NCBI RefSeq assembly: GCF_048403405.1
Contig: NZ_CP183129.1
Source of the DNA: Escherichia coli
Lineage (GTDB): Bacteria > Pseudomonadota > Gammaproteobacteria > Enterobacterales > Enterobacteriaceae
DNA: 64,000 nucleotides
Reading direction: 5' to 3' (one strand)
Position numbers and translations under genes: made by a program. This document shows positions 32,151-43,617 of the stretch, one piece after another. How positions within the stretch are numbered: the stretch's first letter is position 1; each line of letters starts with the position of its first letter. The notes beneath the pieces are model-generated. The model searched no databases, was not told the DNA's origin, and saw nothing but the letters and a program-made list of their open reading frames with translations.

Positions 32151-34127
32151 ATGTCTGACGACATGTCTATGGGTTTGCCTTCGTCAGCGGGCGAACACGG
32201 TGTACTACGCTCCATGCAGGAGGTTGCAATGAGCTCCCAGGAAGCCAGCAAGATGCTGCGTACTTACAATATTGCCTGGTGGGGCAATAACTACTATGAC
32301 GTTAACGAGCTGGGCCACATTAGCGTGTGCCCGGACCCGGACGTCCCGGAAGCTCGCGTCGATCTCGCGCAGTTAGTGAAAACTCGTGAAGCACAGGGCC
32401 AGCGTCTGCCTGCACTGTTCTGTTTCCCGCAGATCCTGCAGCACCGTTTGCGTTCTATTAACGCCGCGTTCAAACGTGCGCGGGAATCCTACGGCTATAA
32501 CGGCGATTACTTCCTCGTTTATCCGATCAAAGTTAACCAGCACCGCCGCGTGATTGAGTCCCTGATTCATTCGGGCGAACCGCTGGGCCTGGAAGCCGGT
32601 TCCAAAGCGGAGTTGATGGCGGTGCTGGCACATGCTGGCATGACCCGTAGCGTCATCGTCTGCAACGGTTATAAGGACCGCGAATATATCCGTCTGGCAT
32701 TAATTGGCGAGAAGATGGGCCACAAGGTCTATCTGGTCATTGAGAAGATGTCAGAAATTGCCATTGTGCTGGATGAAGCAGAACGTCTGAATGTCGTTCC
32801 TCGTCTGGGCGTGCGTGCACGTCTGGCTTCGCAGGGCTCCGGTAAATGGCAGTCCTCCGGCGGGGAAAAATCGAAGTTCGGCCTGGCGGCGACTCAGGTA
32901 CTGCAACTGGTTGAAACCCTGCGTGAAGCCGGGCGTCTCGACAGCCTGCAACTGCTGCACTTCCACCTCGGTTCGCAGATGGCGAATATTCGCGATATCG
33001 CGACAGGCGTTCGTGAATCCGCGCGTTTCTATGTTGAGCTGCACAAGCTGGGCGTCAATATTCAGTGCTTCGACGTCGGCGGCGGTCTGGGCGTGGACTA
33101 TGAAGGCACCCGTTCGCAGTCCGACTGTTCGGTGAACTACGGCCTCAATGAATACGCTAACAACATCATCTGGGCGATTGGTGATGCGTGTGAAGAAAAT
33201 GGTCTGCCACATCCGACAGTAATCACCGAGTCGGGTCGCGCGGTGACTGCGCATCACACCGTGCTGGTGTCAAATATCATCGGCGTGGAACGTAACGAAT
33301 ACACGGTGCCGACCGCACCTGCAGAAGACGCACCGCGCGCCCTGCAAAGCATGTGGGAAACCTGGCAGGAGATGCACGAACCGGGAACTCGTCGTTCTCT
33401 GCGTGAATGGTTACACGACAGCCAGATGGATCTGCACGATATTCATATCGGCTACTCTTCCGGCACCTTTAGCCTGCAAGAACGTGCATGGGCAGAACAA
33501 CTCTATCTGAGCATGTGCCATGAAGTGCAGAAGCAACTGGATCCGCAAAACCGTGCGCATCGTCCGATTATCGATGAATTGCAGGAACGTATGGCTGACA
33601 AAATGTACGTAAACTTCTCGCTGTTCCAGTCGATGCCGGATGCGTGGGGGATCGACCAGTTGTTCCCGGTTCTGCCGCTGGAAGGGTTGGATCAAGTGCC
33701 GGAACGTCGCGCTGTGCTGCTGGATATTACCTGTGACTCTGACGGTGCTATTGATCACTATATTGATGGTGATGGTATTGCCACGACAATGCCAATGCCG
33801 GAGTACGATCCAGAGAATCCGCCGATGCTCGGTTTCTTTATGGTCGGCGCATATCAGGAGATCCTCGGCAATATGCACAACCTGTTCGGTGATACCGAAG
33901 CGGTTGACGTGTTCGTGTTCCCTGACGGTAGCGTAGAAGTAGAACTGTCTGACGAAGGCGATACCGTGGCGGACATGCTGCAATATGTACAGCTCGATCC
34001 GAAAACGCTGTTAACCCAGTTCCGCGATCAAGTGAAGAAAACCGATCTTGATGCTGAACTGCAACAACAGTTCCTTGAAGAGTTCGAGGCAGGTTTGTAC
34101 GGTTATACCTATCTTGAAGATGAATAA
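32151..34127 (+). CDS. speA: Biosynthetic arginine decarboxylase
   Basis: 658-aa product starting [12 protein letters not shown]; recognised as SpeA. Confidence 0.96.
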
Positions 34128-34272
34128 TTAAGATTATTCCGCTGGCGGGTCAATTTATTTACGTAAATCGGCCCGCTTTCTTTTTATATATTCTTAAAAA
34201 TAATTTAGCTGCTTTTCTTATTAAATAATCCCCCTACAATCGCTGCATTAATTAAATACAGAGGGAACGGTT

Positions 34273-35004
34273 ATGAAAAAAGGGAAAGTACGTAGCGCGT
34301 TGATAGCATTAGCCGTGCTGCTGGCCGGTTGTTCCAGTAATGCGCAGTATAATAGCAGTGCATCAGGCAATGTCGGCACCGCCTGGGGTGGGGATGTACA
34401 CTCATCGGTTCAGGGCGTATCTGCTGAGCGAGCCTGGCGCGATCCGGCAGAGATGATCGTTATTAGTTATTCGACTAATGTTCCTTCCGGCTATGACCGC
34501 GTTTATAGCATTCGTATTAACGAACTGGAATATGCTATTCGCGATGGTAATTTTAATTCTCTACCTATTACGCGTGTTTATGATTCATCCAATAATGAAC
34601 CACGCTATATTGTCCATGCCAGAGTCGGAATGAATTATCAATTATATGTCCGTAATTACAGTCGTAACACCAACTACGAGATCGTTGCTACGGTTGATGG
34701 CCTGGATGTGCTGAACGGCAAGCAAGGTTCGCTGAATAACAACGGCTATATTGTGAATGCCGGAGATTCGTTAGCGATTAAAGGATTCCGCAAAGATAAA
34801 CATACCGAAGCGGCTTTTCAGTTCGCCAACGTTGCTGATTCCTACGCAGCCAATTCGGCGCAAGGCGATGTGCGTAATACCGGGGTAATCGGCTTTGCCG
34901 CCTTTGAATTACAAGGCCCGGCGCAAAACGCGATGCCACCGTGCTCTGGACAAGCCTTTCCGGCAGATAACAATGGCTATGCACCGCCACCGTGCCGGAA
35001 ATAG
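34273..35004 (+). CDS. Hypothetical lipoprotein (243 aa), AT-rich, between speA and speB
   Basis: ATG at 34273 with GAGGGAA upstream; signal peptide plus lipobox LLAGC; strong terminator downstream; no family recognised. Confidence 0.7.
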   Translation: MKKGKVRSALIALAVLLAGCSSNAQYNSSASGNVGTAWGGDVHSSVQGVSAERAWRDPAEMIVISYSTNVPSGYDRVYSIRINELEYAIRDGNFNSLPITRVYDSSNNEPRYIVHARVGMNYQLYVRNYSRNTNYEIVATVDGLDVLNGKQGSLNNNGYIVNAGDSLAIKGFRKDKHTEAAFQFANVADSYAANSAQGDVRNTGVIGFAAFELQGPAQNAMPPCSGQAFPADNNGYAPPPCRK

Positions 35005-35071
35005 CAACCTCGCTTGATGCCTCGTCCATTTAAGGCGATAATTAGCGCAAACTTGTGTTTCGCAAATCCAA

Positions 35072-35111
35072 CCCTTCCTCGTCGGGCCTAACGACGCGGA
35101 AGGGTTTTTTT
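35072..35111 (+). terminator. Intrinsic terminator upstream of speB
   Basis: Hairpin cccttcctcgtcg-ggcctaa-cgacgcggaaggg (12/13 bp) followed by TTTTTTT. Confidence 0.8.
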
Positions 35112-35139
35112 ATATCGACTTTGTAATAGGAGTCCATCC

Positions 35140-36060
35140 ATGAGCACCTTAGGTCATCAATACGATAACTCACTGGTTTCCAACGCCTTTGGTTTTTTAC
35201 GCCTGCCGATGAACTTCCAGCCATATGACAGCGATGCTGACTGGGTGATTACTGGCGTGCCGTTCGATATGGCCACTTCTGGTCGTGCGGGGGGACGCCA
35301 CGGTCCGGCAGCGATCCGTCAGGTTTCGACGAATCTGGCCTGGGAACACAATCGCTTCCCGTGGAATTTCGACATGCGTGAGCGCCTGAATGTCGTGGAC
35401 TGCGGCGATCTGGTATATGCCTTCGGCGATGCCCGTGAGATGAGCGAGAAGCTGCAGGCGCACGCCGAGAAGCTGCTGGCTGCTGGTAAGCGTATGCTCT
35501 CCTTCGGTGGTGACCACTTTGTTACGCTGCCGCTGCTGCGTGCTCATGCGAAGCATTTCGGCAAAATGGCGCTGGTACACTTTGACGCCCACACCGACAC
35601 CTATGCGAACGGTTGTGAATTTGACCACGGCACCATGTTCTATACCGCGCCGAAAGAAGGTCTGATCGACCCGAATCATTCCGTGCAGATTGGTATTCGT
35701 ACTGAGTTCGATAAAGACAACGGCTTTACCGTGCTGGACGCCTGCCAGGTGAACGATCGCAGCGTGGATGACGTTATCGCCCAAGTGAAACAGATTGTGG
35801 GTGATATGCCGGTTTACCTGACCTTTGATATCGACTGCCTGGATCCTGCTTTCGCGCCGGGAACCGGTACGCCAGTAATTGGCGGCCTGACCTCCGATCG
35901 CGCTATTAAACTGGTACGCGGCCTGAAAGATCTCAACATTGTTGGGATGGACGTAGTGGAAGTGGCTCCGGCATACGATCAGTCGGAAATCACCGCTCTG
36001 GCTGCGGCGACGCTGGCGCTGGAGATGCTGTATATCCAGGCGGCGAAAAAGGGCGAGTAA
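35140..36060 (+). CDS. speB: Agmatinase
   Basis: 306-aa ORF recognised as SpeB. Confidence 0.96.
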   Translation: MSTLGHQYDNSLVSNAFGFLRLPMNFQPYDSDADWVITGVPFDMATSGRAGGRHGPAAIRQVSTNLAWEHNRFPWNFDMRERLNVVDCGDLVYAFGDAREMSEKLQAHAEKLLAAGKRMLSFGGDHFVTLPLLRAHAKHFGKMALVHFDAHTDTYANGCEFDHGTMFYTAPKEGLIDPNHSVQIGIRTEFDKDNGFTVLDACQVNDRSVDDVIAQVKQIVGDMPVYLTFDIDCLDPAFAPGTGTPVIGGLTSDRAIKLVRGLKDLNIVGMDVVEVAPAYDQSEITALAAATLALEMLYIQAAKKGE

Positions 36061-36100
36061 GCGCCGGATAAGATGCGTTATGCGTCAAATCCGGCGTAAT
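36061..36100. repeat. REP-like palindrome between convergent speB and loiP
   Basis: cgccggat ... atccggcg inverted arms. Confidence 0.55.
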
Positions 36101-36107
36101 AAAATGC

Positions 36108-36866
36108 TTACTTAACTCCATCCGCGCTCATACGATCGCGAATATGCTGGGCGCGTTCGGCGGATGCTGGATGGTCGTCAAACATTGAGCTTTGACGGCC
36201 TTCTTCCAGCTTCGCCAGTTTTTCAAAGCTGGTGGCAAGACCTGCCGGGTTGATGCCGCGTTGGCGCAGAAGATCGTAAGAATAATCATCGGCTTCTGCT
36301 TCCTGGCGCTGGGAGAATTGCGAATTAACTAATTTCTCGCCCAGATCACCGAGTTGTGATTGAGATAAACTGCCGACAATCCCGCCCGCAGAGGCCGCAG
36401 CTACTCGCACGGCATTTGTACCAAGTGCCACCTGCATCCCTTTTTTCACATGGCCTAACGCCACGTGCCCCATCTCGTGACCGATCACCGCTTCGACTTC
36501 GTTATCCGTCATCATATCCATCAGCCCGCTATAGACGCGGATACAACCGTTAGCCATTGCAAAGGCGTTCACATCCTTCGCCATATACACTTTGTAATTC
36601 ACCGGCTGACCGTTGATATTGTTGCCTAGCGCATTGGCAATAGTTGTCAGACGTTTAGCGTATTCGCTATTGGCTGGCGCAATCGTCGCCTTGCTGTCCA
36701 TCTCCTGACATGCCTGATCGCTCAGGGTTTTCACCTGCGCATCACTCAAACTGTAAGCCTGAAAAGCTTCCGCTCCTGATGAGAGCAGTCCGTTGGAGTC
36801 CATATTCTGGCAACCGGTCAGTACCGTTGCCACGCTCATTGCTACCAATAAGGCGCGAATTTTCAT
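36108..36866 (-). CDS. loiP: Outer-membrane lipoprotein metalloprotease LoiP (YggG)
   Basis: 252-aa product starting MKIRALLVAMSVATVLTGC with HEMGH zinc motif; track ORF is over-extended by 73 codons. Confidence 0.92.
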   Translation of the reverse strand: MKIRALLVAMSVATVLTGCQNMDSNGLLSSGAEAFQAYSLSDAQVKTLSDQACQEMDSKATIAPANSEYAKRLTTIANALGNNINGQPVNYKVYMAKDVNAFAMANGCIRVYSGLMDMMTDNEVEAVIGHEMGHVALGHVKKGMQVALGTNAVRVAAASAGGIVGSLSQSQLGDLGEKLVNSQFSQRQEAEADDYSYDLLRQRGINPAGLATSFEKLAKLEEGRQSSMFDDHPASAERAQHIRDRMSADGVK

Positions 36867-37143
36867 GTTTTCTCTTCCGCACAAGGTCAGGATTATTCTA
36901 AAAATGCGCCGTTTGCAGGTGAATCGACGCTTAGTCTCAGTATAAGGAAAAGCGCAGCGGACGGGCGAGTAGATTGCGCAACATGCGAGCATGATCCAGA
37001 GATTTCTGAAGCGGCAAAAGGATGTTCCATGTACATGACGCGCGGCTTGCGGTAAATTGTTGGCAAATTTTCCGGCGTAGCCCAAAACGCGCTGTCGTCA
37101 AGTCGTTAAGGGCGTGCCCTTCATCATCCGATCTGGAGTCAAA

Positions 37144-39135
37144 ATGTCCTCACGTAAAGAGCTTGCCAATGCTATTCGTGCGCTGAGCATGGACGCAGTA
37201 CAGAAAGCCAAATCCGGTCACCCGGGTGCCCCTATGGGTATGGCTGACATTGCCGAAGTCCTGTGGCGTGATTTCCTGAAACACAACCCGCAGAATCCGT
37301 CCTGGGCTGACCGTGACCGCTTCGTGCTGTCCAACGGTCACGGCTCCATGCTGATCTACAGCCTGCTGCACCTCACCGGTTACGATCTGCCGATGGAAGA
37401 ACTGAAAAACTTCCGTCAGCTGCACTCTAAAACTCCGGGCCACCCGGAAGTGGGTTACACCGCTGGTGTGGAAACCACTACAGGTCCGCTGGGTCAGGGT
37501 ATTGCCAATGCAGTCGGTATGGCGATTGCAGAAAAAACGCTGGCGGCGCAGTTTAACCGTCCGGGCCACGACATCGTCGACCACTACACCTACGCCTTCA
37601 TGGGCGACGGCTGCATGATGGAAGGCATCTCTCACGAAGTTTGCTCTCTGGCGGGTACGCTGAAGCTGGGTAAACTGATTGCGTTCTACGATGACAACGG
37701 TATTTCTATCGATGGTCACGTTGAAGGCTGGTTCACCGACGACACCGCAATGCGTTTCGAAGCCTACGGCTGGCACGTTATTCGCGACATCGACGGTCAT
37801 GACGCAGCATCCATCAAACGCGCAGTAGAAGAAGCGCGCGCAGTGACCGACAAACCGTCCCTGCTGATGTGCAAAACCATCATCGGTTTCGGTTCCCCGA
37901 ACAAAGCCGGTACGCACGACTCCCACGGTGCGCCGCTGGGCGACGCTGAAATCGCCCTGACCCGCGAACAGCTGGGCTGGAAATATGCACCGTTCGAAAT
38001 CCCGTCTGAAATCTATGCTCAGTGGGATGCGAAAGAAGCAGGCCAGGCGAAAGAATCCGCATGGAACGAGAAATTCGCTGCTTACGCGAAAGCTTATCCG
38101 CAGGAAGCCGCTGAATTTACCCGCCGTATGAAAGGCGAAATGCCGTCTGACTTCGACGCCAAAGCGAAAGAGTTCATCGCTAAACTGCAGGCTAATCCGG
38201 CGAAAATCGCCAGCCGTAAAGCGTCTCAGAATGCTATCGAAGCTTTCGGTCCGCTGTTGCCGGAATTCCTCGGCGGCTCTGCTGACCTGGCACCGTCTAA
38301 CCTGACCCTGTGGTCTGGTTCTAAAGCAATCAACGAAGATGCTGCGGGTAACTACATCCACTACGGTGTTCGCGAGTTCGGTATGACCGCGATTGCTAAC
38401 GGTATCTCCCTGCACGGTGGTTTCCTGCCGTACACCTCCACCTTCCTGATGTTCGTGGAATACGCACGTAACGCCGTACGTATGGCTGCGCTGATGAAAC
38501 AGCGTCAGGTGATGGTTTACACCCACGACTCCATCGGTCTGGGCGAAGATGGCCCGACTCACCAGCCAGTAGAGCAGGTCGCTTCACTGCGCGTGACCCC
38601 GAACATGTCCACATGGCGTCCGTGTGACCAGGTTGAATCCGCGGTCGCGTGGAAATACGGCGTTGAGCGTCAGGACGGCCCGACTGCGCTTATCCTCTCC
38701 CGTCAGAACCTGGCGCAGCAGGAGCGTACTGAAGAGCAGCTGGCAAACATCGCGCGCGGTGGTTATGTGCTGAAAGACTGTGCCGGTCAGCCGGAACTGA
38801 TCTTCATCGCGACCGGTTCGGAAGTTGAACTGGCGGTTGCCGCCTACGAAAAACTGACAGCCGAAGGCGTGAAGGCGCGCGTGGTTTCCATGCCGTCTAC
38901 CGACGCGTTCGACAAGCAGGATGCGGCTTACCGTGAATCCGTCCTGCCGAAAGCGGTTACTGCACGCGTTGCGGTAGAAGCGGGTATTGCTGACTACTGG
39001 TACAAGTATGTTGGCCTGAACGGTGCTATCGTCGGCATGACCACCTTCGGTGAATCTGCTCCGGCAGAGCAACTGTTTGAAGAGTTTGGTTTCACCGTTG
39101 ACAACGTTGTTGCGAAAGCCAAAGCGCTGCTGTAA
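37144..39135 (+). CDS. tktA: Transketolase 1
   Basis: 663-aa product starting [20 protein letters not shown]; recognised as TktA. Confidence 0.96.
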   Translation: MSSRKELANAIRALSMDAVQKAKSGHPGAPMGMADIAEVLWRDFLKHNPQNPSWADRDRFVLSNGHGSMLIYSLLHLTGYDLPMEELKNFRQLHSKTPGHPEVGYTAGVETTTGPLGQGIANAVGMAIAEKTLAAQFNRPGHDIVDHYTYAFMGDGCMMEGISHEVCSLAGTLKLGKLIAFYDDNGISIDGHVEGWFTDDTAMRFEAYGWHVIRDIDGHDAASIKRAVEEARAVTDKPSLLMCKTIIGFGSPNKAGTHDSHGAPLGDAEIALTREQLGWKYAPFEIPSEIYAQWDAKEAGQAKESAWNEKFAAYAKAYPQEAAEFTRRMKGEMPSDFDAKAKEFIAKLQANPAKIASRKASQNAIEAFGPLLPEFLGGSADLAPSNLTLWSGSKAINEDAAGNYIHYGVREFGMTAIANGISLHGGFLPYTSTFLMFVEYARNAVRMAALMKQRQVMVYTHDSIGLGEDGPTHQPVEQVASLRVTPNMSTWRPCDQVESAVAWKYGVERQDGPTALILSRQNLAQQERTEEQLANIARGGYVLKDCAGQPELIFIATGSEVELAVAAYEKLTAEGVKARVVSMPSTDAFDKQDAAYRESVLPKAVTARVAVEAGIADYWYKYVGLNGAIVGMTTFGESAPAEQLFEEFGFTVDNVVAKAKALL

Positions 39136-39156
39136 TCAGTAAGACGTTTTGTGAGA

Positions 39157-39182
39157 AGGGCCGCGAAAGCGGCCCTTTTTTT
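39157..39182. terminator. Intrinsic terminator shared by tktA and the convergent SPFH gene
   Basis: Hairpin agggccgc-gaaa-gcggccct followed by TTTTTT. Confidence 0.8.
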
Positions 39183-40089
39183 ACTTAGTAGAGATAAACG
39201 GAACTGTACTGCCGGGGATCATGGTATCGGGTAGCTTACCGTCCCAACGCTCAGCAGTGGTGAGGGCAACAAGTCCGGGATTATCCCGCAGAGCTTCACC
39301 GCGCAGGCGGATAGCTTCTGCTTCAGCCGCACTTTTTAAACGAATAGTTTCAGCCTCTGCCGCGCCTCTTACGCGAATGGTCTCAGCTTCTGCTTTGGCC
39401 GCTGCAAGTTTACTGTCTGCTTCTGCCTGGGCCTGAGTTACCGCTATTTGCGCCTGGATTTTCTCTGTTTCCAGATTTTGCTTACGCGTGGCAATTGCAA
39501 CTTCCGCTTTCATTCGGTCTTCAATCGACTTTTCATAAGCGTCAGAAAAGTCAATATTTTCAATCTGGACCCCGTCAATCACCACCGGACCAACAACGGC
39601 TTTACGCATAGCATTTTGCAGATCCTGAACCAATTTTGTACGATCCTGTACGGCGCTGATGGCGGTATATTGGCCGAAAACGTTCTCCAGTTGAGTTGGC
39701 AACTGACGGACAATCAGACGATCTTTTAATGCTTCAATGGTGTTGTAGGTGGTATAAACCGCGCCTGCTTCTGAAGGTTTAATGTGGAAGCTGACTGATA
39801 CTGTCATTTGTGCCGGTTGCTGGTCGCGGCTGTAGGCCTGTAATCCTTGATAAACCACAGCCTGATTACGCGTGGAAATTTTCTCCACGCTTTCCATAAA
39901 AGGGATCTTAAAACCCAGACCCGGCTCGGCAACTTTTACGATTTTTCCGTAGCGCAGCAAAATGCCGCGTTCACCTTCATTAACGGTGTAATACGAGAGA
40001 AATGGCAGCACAACCACGGCAAGCACGCCAATGACGATAGCAATAGATTTTTGTGGGCGAAATGAGGTTATTGAAACAGGTGCTTTCAT
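39181..40089 (-). CDS. SPFH/band-7 (HflC-like) membrane protein with C-terminal Ala/Glu-rich repeats
   Basis: 302-aa; N-terminal TM helix then YTVNEGERGILLRYGKIV…EPGLGFKIPF, typical of an SPFH domain; not one of the K-12 SPFH proteins I recall (HflK, HflC, QmcA, YqiK). Confidence 0.8.
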   Translation of the reverse strand: MKAPVSITSFRPQKSIAIVIGVLAVVVLPFLSYYTVNEGERGILLRYGKIVKVAEPGLGFKIPFMESVEKISTRNQAVVYQGLQAYSRDQQPAQMTVSVSFHIKPSEAGAVYTTYNTIEALKDRLIVRQLPTQLENVFGQYTAISAVQDRTKLVQDLQNAMRKAVVGPVVIDGVQIENIDFSDAYEKSIEDRMKAEVAIATRKQNLETEKIQAQIAVTQAQAEADSKLAAAKAEAETIRVRGAAEAETIRLKSAAEAEAIRLRGEALRDNPGLVALTTAERWDGKLPDTMIPGSTVPFISTK

Positions 40090-40465
40090 GACAATCTTCC
40101 TTGAGTAAAGTGTGGGAATATGTCACATGAGGTGAGGAGAAAACAGCCGACAGGTGAGAATTCAGAATCTATAAAGGGGTATAGCGAAAAAACATTGCAT
40201 TAAAAAGTATGCTTTCGGACATTCAATAAATAAATAGAGACATGCATCACAAATACAATAACAAACAAAATGTTGATTTTGTGATAAACATAACAAATAC
40301 AAAGTTGACTTTGTAAGTATTTATTTCATGTTGTTGTTATTTAAAGTTTTATTATTTTTGTTCATGGGGTTTTTCTTCTCGCGTACCCAATTGCTTTCAT
40401 TAAACCGCACGAGTATTTTATTTTTACCGCCGGACGGTACCCTAAAAATAAAATAAGGATAATTT

Positions 40466-40909
40466 ATGCGGCTTAGTGATTATTTTCCAGAATCATCAAT
40501 CTCAGTTATACATTCAGCAAAAGATTGGCAGGAAGCTATCGATTTCTCGATGGCATCATTGCTGGATAAAAACTATATCAGCGAGAATTACATTCAGGCA
40601 ATTAAAGATTCCACCATTAACAATAGCCCTTATTATATTCTCGCGCCAGGTGTGGCAATGCCTCATGCGCGACCGGAATGTGGGGCGCTTAAAACCGGGA
40701 TGTCTTTGGCGTTACTTAAACAAGGCGTTTATTTTCCGGGGAATGACGAACCGATTAAATTACTCATCGGGCTTTCTGCTGCCGATGCCGATTCGCACAT
40801 TGGCGCTATTCAGGCGTTAAGTGAATTACTGTGCGAAGAAGAAATACTCGAACAACTCTTAACAGCATCATCAGAAAAACAATTAGCGGACATTATCAGC
40901 CGCGGATAA
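40466..40909 (+). CDS. cmtB: Cryptic mannitol-type PTS enzyme IIA
   Basis: 147-aa ORF recognised as CmtB. Confidence 0.9.
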   Translation: MRLSDYFPESSISVIHSAKDWQEAIDFSMASLLDKNYISENYIQAIKDSTINNSPYYILAPGVAMPHARPECGALKTGMSLALLKQGVYFPGNDEPIKLLIGLSAADADSHIGAIQALSELLCEEEILEQLLTASSEKQLADIISRG

Positions 40910-40936
40910 TTACTCTCTCCTCTACAGGATAATATT

Positions 40937-42325
40937 ATGGAAAACAAGTCTGCTCGTGCAAAGGTCCAGGCTTTTGGGGGTTTTTTGACGGCAATGGTCA
41001 TCCCCAATATCGGTGCTTTTATTGCCTGGGGCTTTATAACTGCGTTATTTATTCCCACCGGTTGGCTGCCGAATGAACATTTCGCCAAAATTGTCGGCCC
41101 GATGATTACCTATTTATTGCCCGTGATGATTGGTTCTACCGGTGGTCACCTGGTCGGCGGTAAACGCGGCGCGGTCATGGGCGGAATTGGTACGATTGGT
41201 GTGATCGTCGGCGCAGAGATCCCGATGTTCCTTGGCTCGATGATTATGGGGCCGCTCGGTGGTCTGGTGATTAAATATATCGACAAGGCGCTGGAAAAAC
41301 GCATACCTGCCGGTTTTGAGATGGTTATCAATAACTTCTCATTAGGTATCGCGGGGATGCTCCTTTGTCTGCTGGGTTTTGAAGTTATCGGCCCGGCGGT
41401 GTTAATTGCCAATACTTTCGTCAAAGAGTGTATCGAGGCGCTGGTACATGCGGGTTATCTGCCTCTGCTGTCAGTCATCAATGAACCGGCGAAAGTGCTT
41501 TTCCTCAATAATGCGATCGATCAGGGCGTCTATTATCCGCTGGGAATGCAACAGGCTTCGGTTAACGGTAAATCTATCTTCTTTATGGTGGCGTCCAATC
41601 CTGGGCCTGGCTTAGGGCTGCTGCTGGCGTTTACCTTGTTTGGTAAAGGGATGAGTAAACGTTCTGCGCCCGGGGCGATGATTATTCACTTCCTCGGTGG
41701 GATCCACGAACTGTATTTCCCGTATGTGCTGATGAAGCCGCTGACCATTATTGCCATGATTGCGGGCGGTATGTCTGGCACCTGGATGTTTAACTTACTG
41801 GACGGTGGTCTGGTGGCTGGCCCAAGTCCGGGGTCTATCTTTGCTTACCTGGCGCTGACGCCGAAAGGCTCATTCCTGGCGACAATTGCTGGTGTTACGG
41901 TAGGTACCCTGGTGTCCTTTGCTATCACTTCGCTGATACTGAAGATGGAAAAAACGGTGGAAACGGAGAACGAAGATGAGTTTGCTCAGTCAGCCAATGC
42001 GGTTAAGGCGATGAAACAAGAGGGTGCATTCTCGTTAAGCCGGGTTAAGCGTATCGCCTTTGTTTGCGATGCGGGGATGGGCTCCAGCGCGATGGGCGCG
42101 ACCACCTTCCGTAAACGCCTGGAAAAGGCGGGGCTGGCAATAGAAGTAAAACATTACGCGATAGAAAACGTGCCTGCGGATGCCGATATCGTCGTTACTC
42201 ATGCCAGTCTGGAAGGGCGCGTGAAACGTGTGACGGATAAACCGCTGATATTGATTAATAACTATATTGGCGATCCAAAACTCGACACTTTATTTAATCA
42301 ATTAACCGCCGAACATAAAAACTGA
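40937..42325 (+). CDS. cmtA: Cryptic mannitol-type PTS enzyme IICB
   Basis: 462-aa membrane ORF recognised as CmtA. Confidence 0.9.
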   Translation: MENKSARAKVQAFGGFLTAMVIPNIGAFIAWGFITALFIPTGWLPNEHFAKIVGPMITYLLPVMIGSTGGHLVGGKRGAVMGGIGTIGVIVGAEIPMFLGSMIMGPLGGLVIKYIDKALEKRIPAGFEMVINNFSLGIAGMLLCLLGFEVIGPAVLIANTFVKECIEALVHAGYLPLLSVINEPAKVLFLNNAIDQGVYYPLGMQQASVNGKSIFFMVASNPGPGLGLLLAFTLFGKGMSKRSAPGAMIIHFLGGIHELYFPYVLMKPLTIIAMIAGGMSGTWMFNLLDGGLVAGPSPGSIFAYLALTPKGSFLATIAGVTVGTLVSFAITSLILKMEKTVETENEDEFAQSANAVKAMKQEGAFSLSRVKRIAFVCDAGMGSSAMGATTFRKRLEKAGLAIEVKHYAIENVPADADIVVTHASLEGRVKRVTDKPLILINNYIGDPKLDTLFNQLTAEHKN

Positions 42326-42339
42326 TTGCCGAGGTAAAA

Positions 42340-43617
42340 ATGAAAACCAAAGTTGCTGCTATTTATGGCAAGCGGGATATCCGTCTGCGCGAATTTGAAC
42401 TGCCAGAAATTACCGATAATGAACTGCTGGTGAGTGTAATTTCTGACAGCGTCTGTTTATCGACCTGGAAAGCGGCGTTACTCGGTAGTGAACATAAACG
42501 CGTACCCGACGATTTAGAAAATCATCCGGTCATTACCGGGCATGAATGTGCCGGGGTTATTGTTGAAGTGGGTAAAAATCTCACTGGCAAATATAAAAAA
42601 GGCCAGCGTTTTGTATTGCAACCGGCGATGGGGTTACCAAGCGGATATTCAGCGGGCTACAGCTACGAATATTTTGGCGGCAATGCCACTTATATGATTA
42701 TTCCCGAAATCGCCATTAATTTGGGCTGCGTATTACCGTATCACGGCTCTTATTTTGCTGCGGCGTCGCTGGCAGAGCCTATGTGCTGCATTATTGGCGC
42801 TTATCATGCCAATTATCACACCACGCAATATGTTTATGAGCATCGCATGGGCGTTAAACCTGGCGGCAATATTGCGCTGCTGGCATGTGCTGGTCCGATG
42901 GGCATTGGCGCTATCGATTATGCTATTAACGGCGGCATACAACCGTCGCGGGTGGTGGTGGTCGATATCGACGACAAACGCCTGGCGCAGGTACAAAAGC
43001 TGCTGCCGGTGGAACTGGCGGCCAGTAAAGGCATTGAGCTGGTGTATATGAATACCAAAGGGATGAGCGATCCGGTCCAGACGCTGCGGGCGCTGACGGA
43101 TGATGCCGGATTTGATGACGTATTTGTCTATGCAGCGGTGCCTTCAGTCGTCGAGATGGCTGATGAATTACTGGCGGAAGATGGCTGCCTGAACTTCTTT
43201 GCCGGGCCGACGGATAAAAACTTCAAAGTGCCGTTTAATTTCTACAACGTCCATTACAACAGCACGCATGTCGTCGGTACGTCCGGCGGTTCAACGGACG
43301 ACATGAAAGAGGCGATTGCGCTTAGCGCCACAGGGCAGTTGCAGCCGTCGTTTATGGTGACCCATATCGGTGGGCTGGATGCGGTGCCTGATACCGTGCT
43401 CAATCTGCCGGATATCCCCGGCGGTAAAAAACTCATTTATAACGGCGTCACCATGCCGCTCACTGCCATTGCCGATTTTGCCGAAAAAGGCAAAACCGAT
43501 CCGCTGTTTAAAGAGCTGGCGCGGCTGGTTGAGGAAACGCACGGCATCTGGAATGAGCAGGCCGAGAAATATCTGCTGGCGCAATTTGGCGTTGATATCG
43601 GGGAGGCCGCACAATGA
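42340..43617 (+). CDS. yggP: Zinc-binding dehydrogenase YggP
   Basis: 425-aa ORF recognised as YggP. Confidence 0.88.
   Translation: MKTKVAAIYGKRDIRLREFELPEITDNELLVSVISDSVCLSTWKAALLGSEHKRVPDDLENHPVITGHECAGVIVEVGKNLTGKYKKGQRFVLQPAMGLPSGYSAGYSYEYFGGNATYMIIPEIAINLGCVLPYHGSYFAAASLAEPMCCIIGAYHANYHTTQYVYEHRMGVKPGGNIALLACAGPMGIGAIDYAINGGIQPSRVVVVDIDDKRLAQVQKLLPVELAASKGIELVYMNTKGMSDPVQTLRALTDDAGFDDVFVYAAVPSVVEMADELLAEDGCLNFFAGPTDKNFKVPFNFYNVHYNSTHVVGTSGGSTDDMKEAIALSATGQLQPSFMVTHIGGLDAVPDTVLNLPDIPGGKKLIYNGVTMPLTAIADFAEKGKTDPLFKELARLVEETHGIWNEQAEKYLLAQFGVDIGEAAQ

Noticed and set aside
37150-38562. 470-aa ORF on the minus strand inside tktA
   Set aside because: Entirely antisense to a well-supported, recognised gene; an open frame of the kind GC-rich coding DNA produces, with no start context.
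40090-40465. AT-rich intergenic region as a possible sRNA or small-ORF locus
   Set aside because: No convincing ORF with RBS and no terminator-flanked transcript unit; best explained as a divergent promoter region of acquired DNA.
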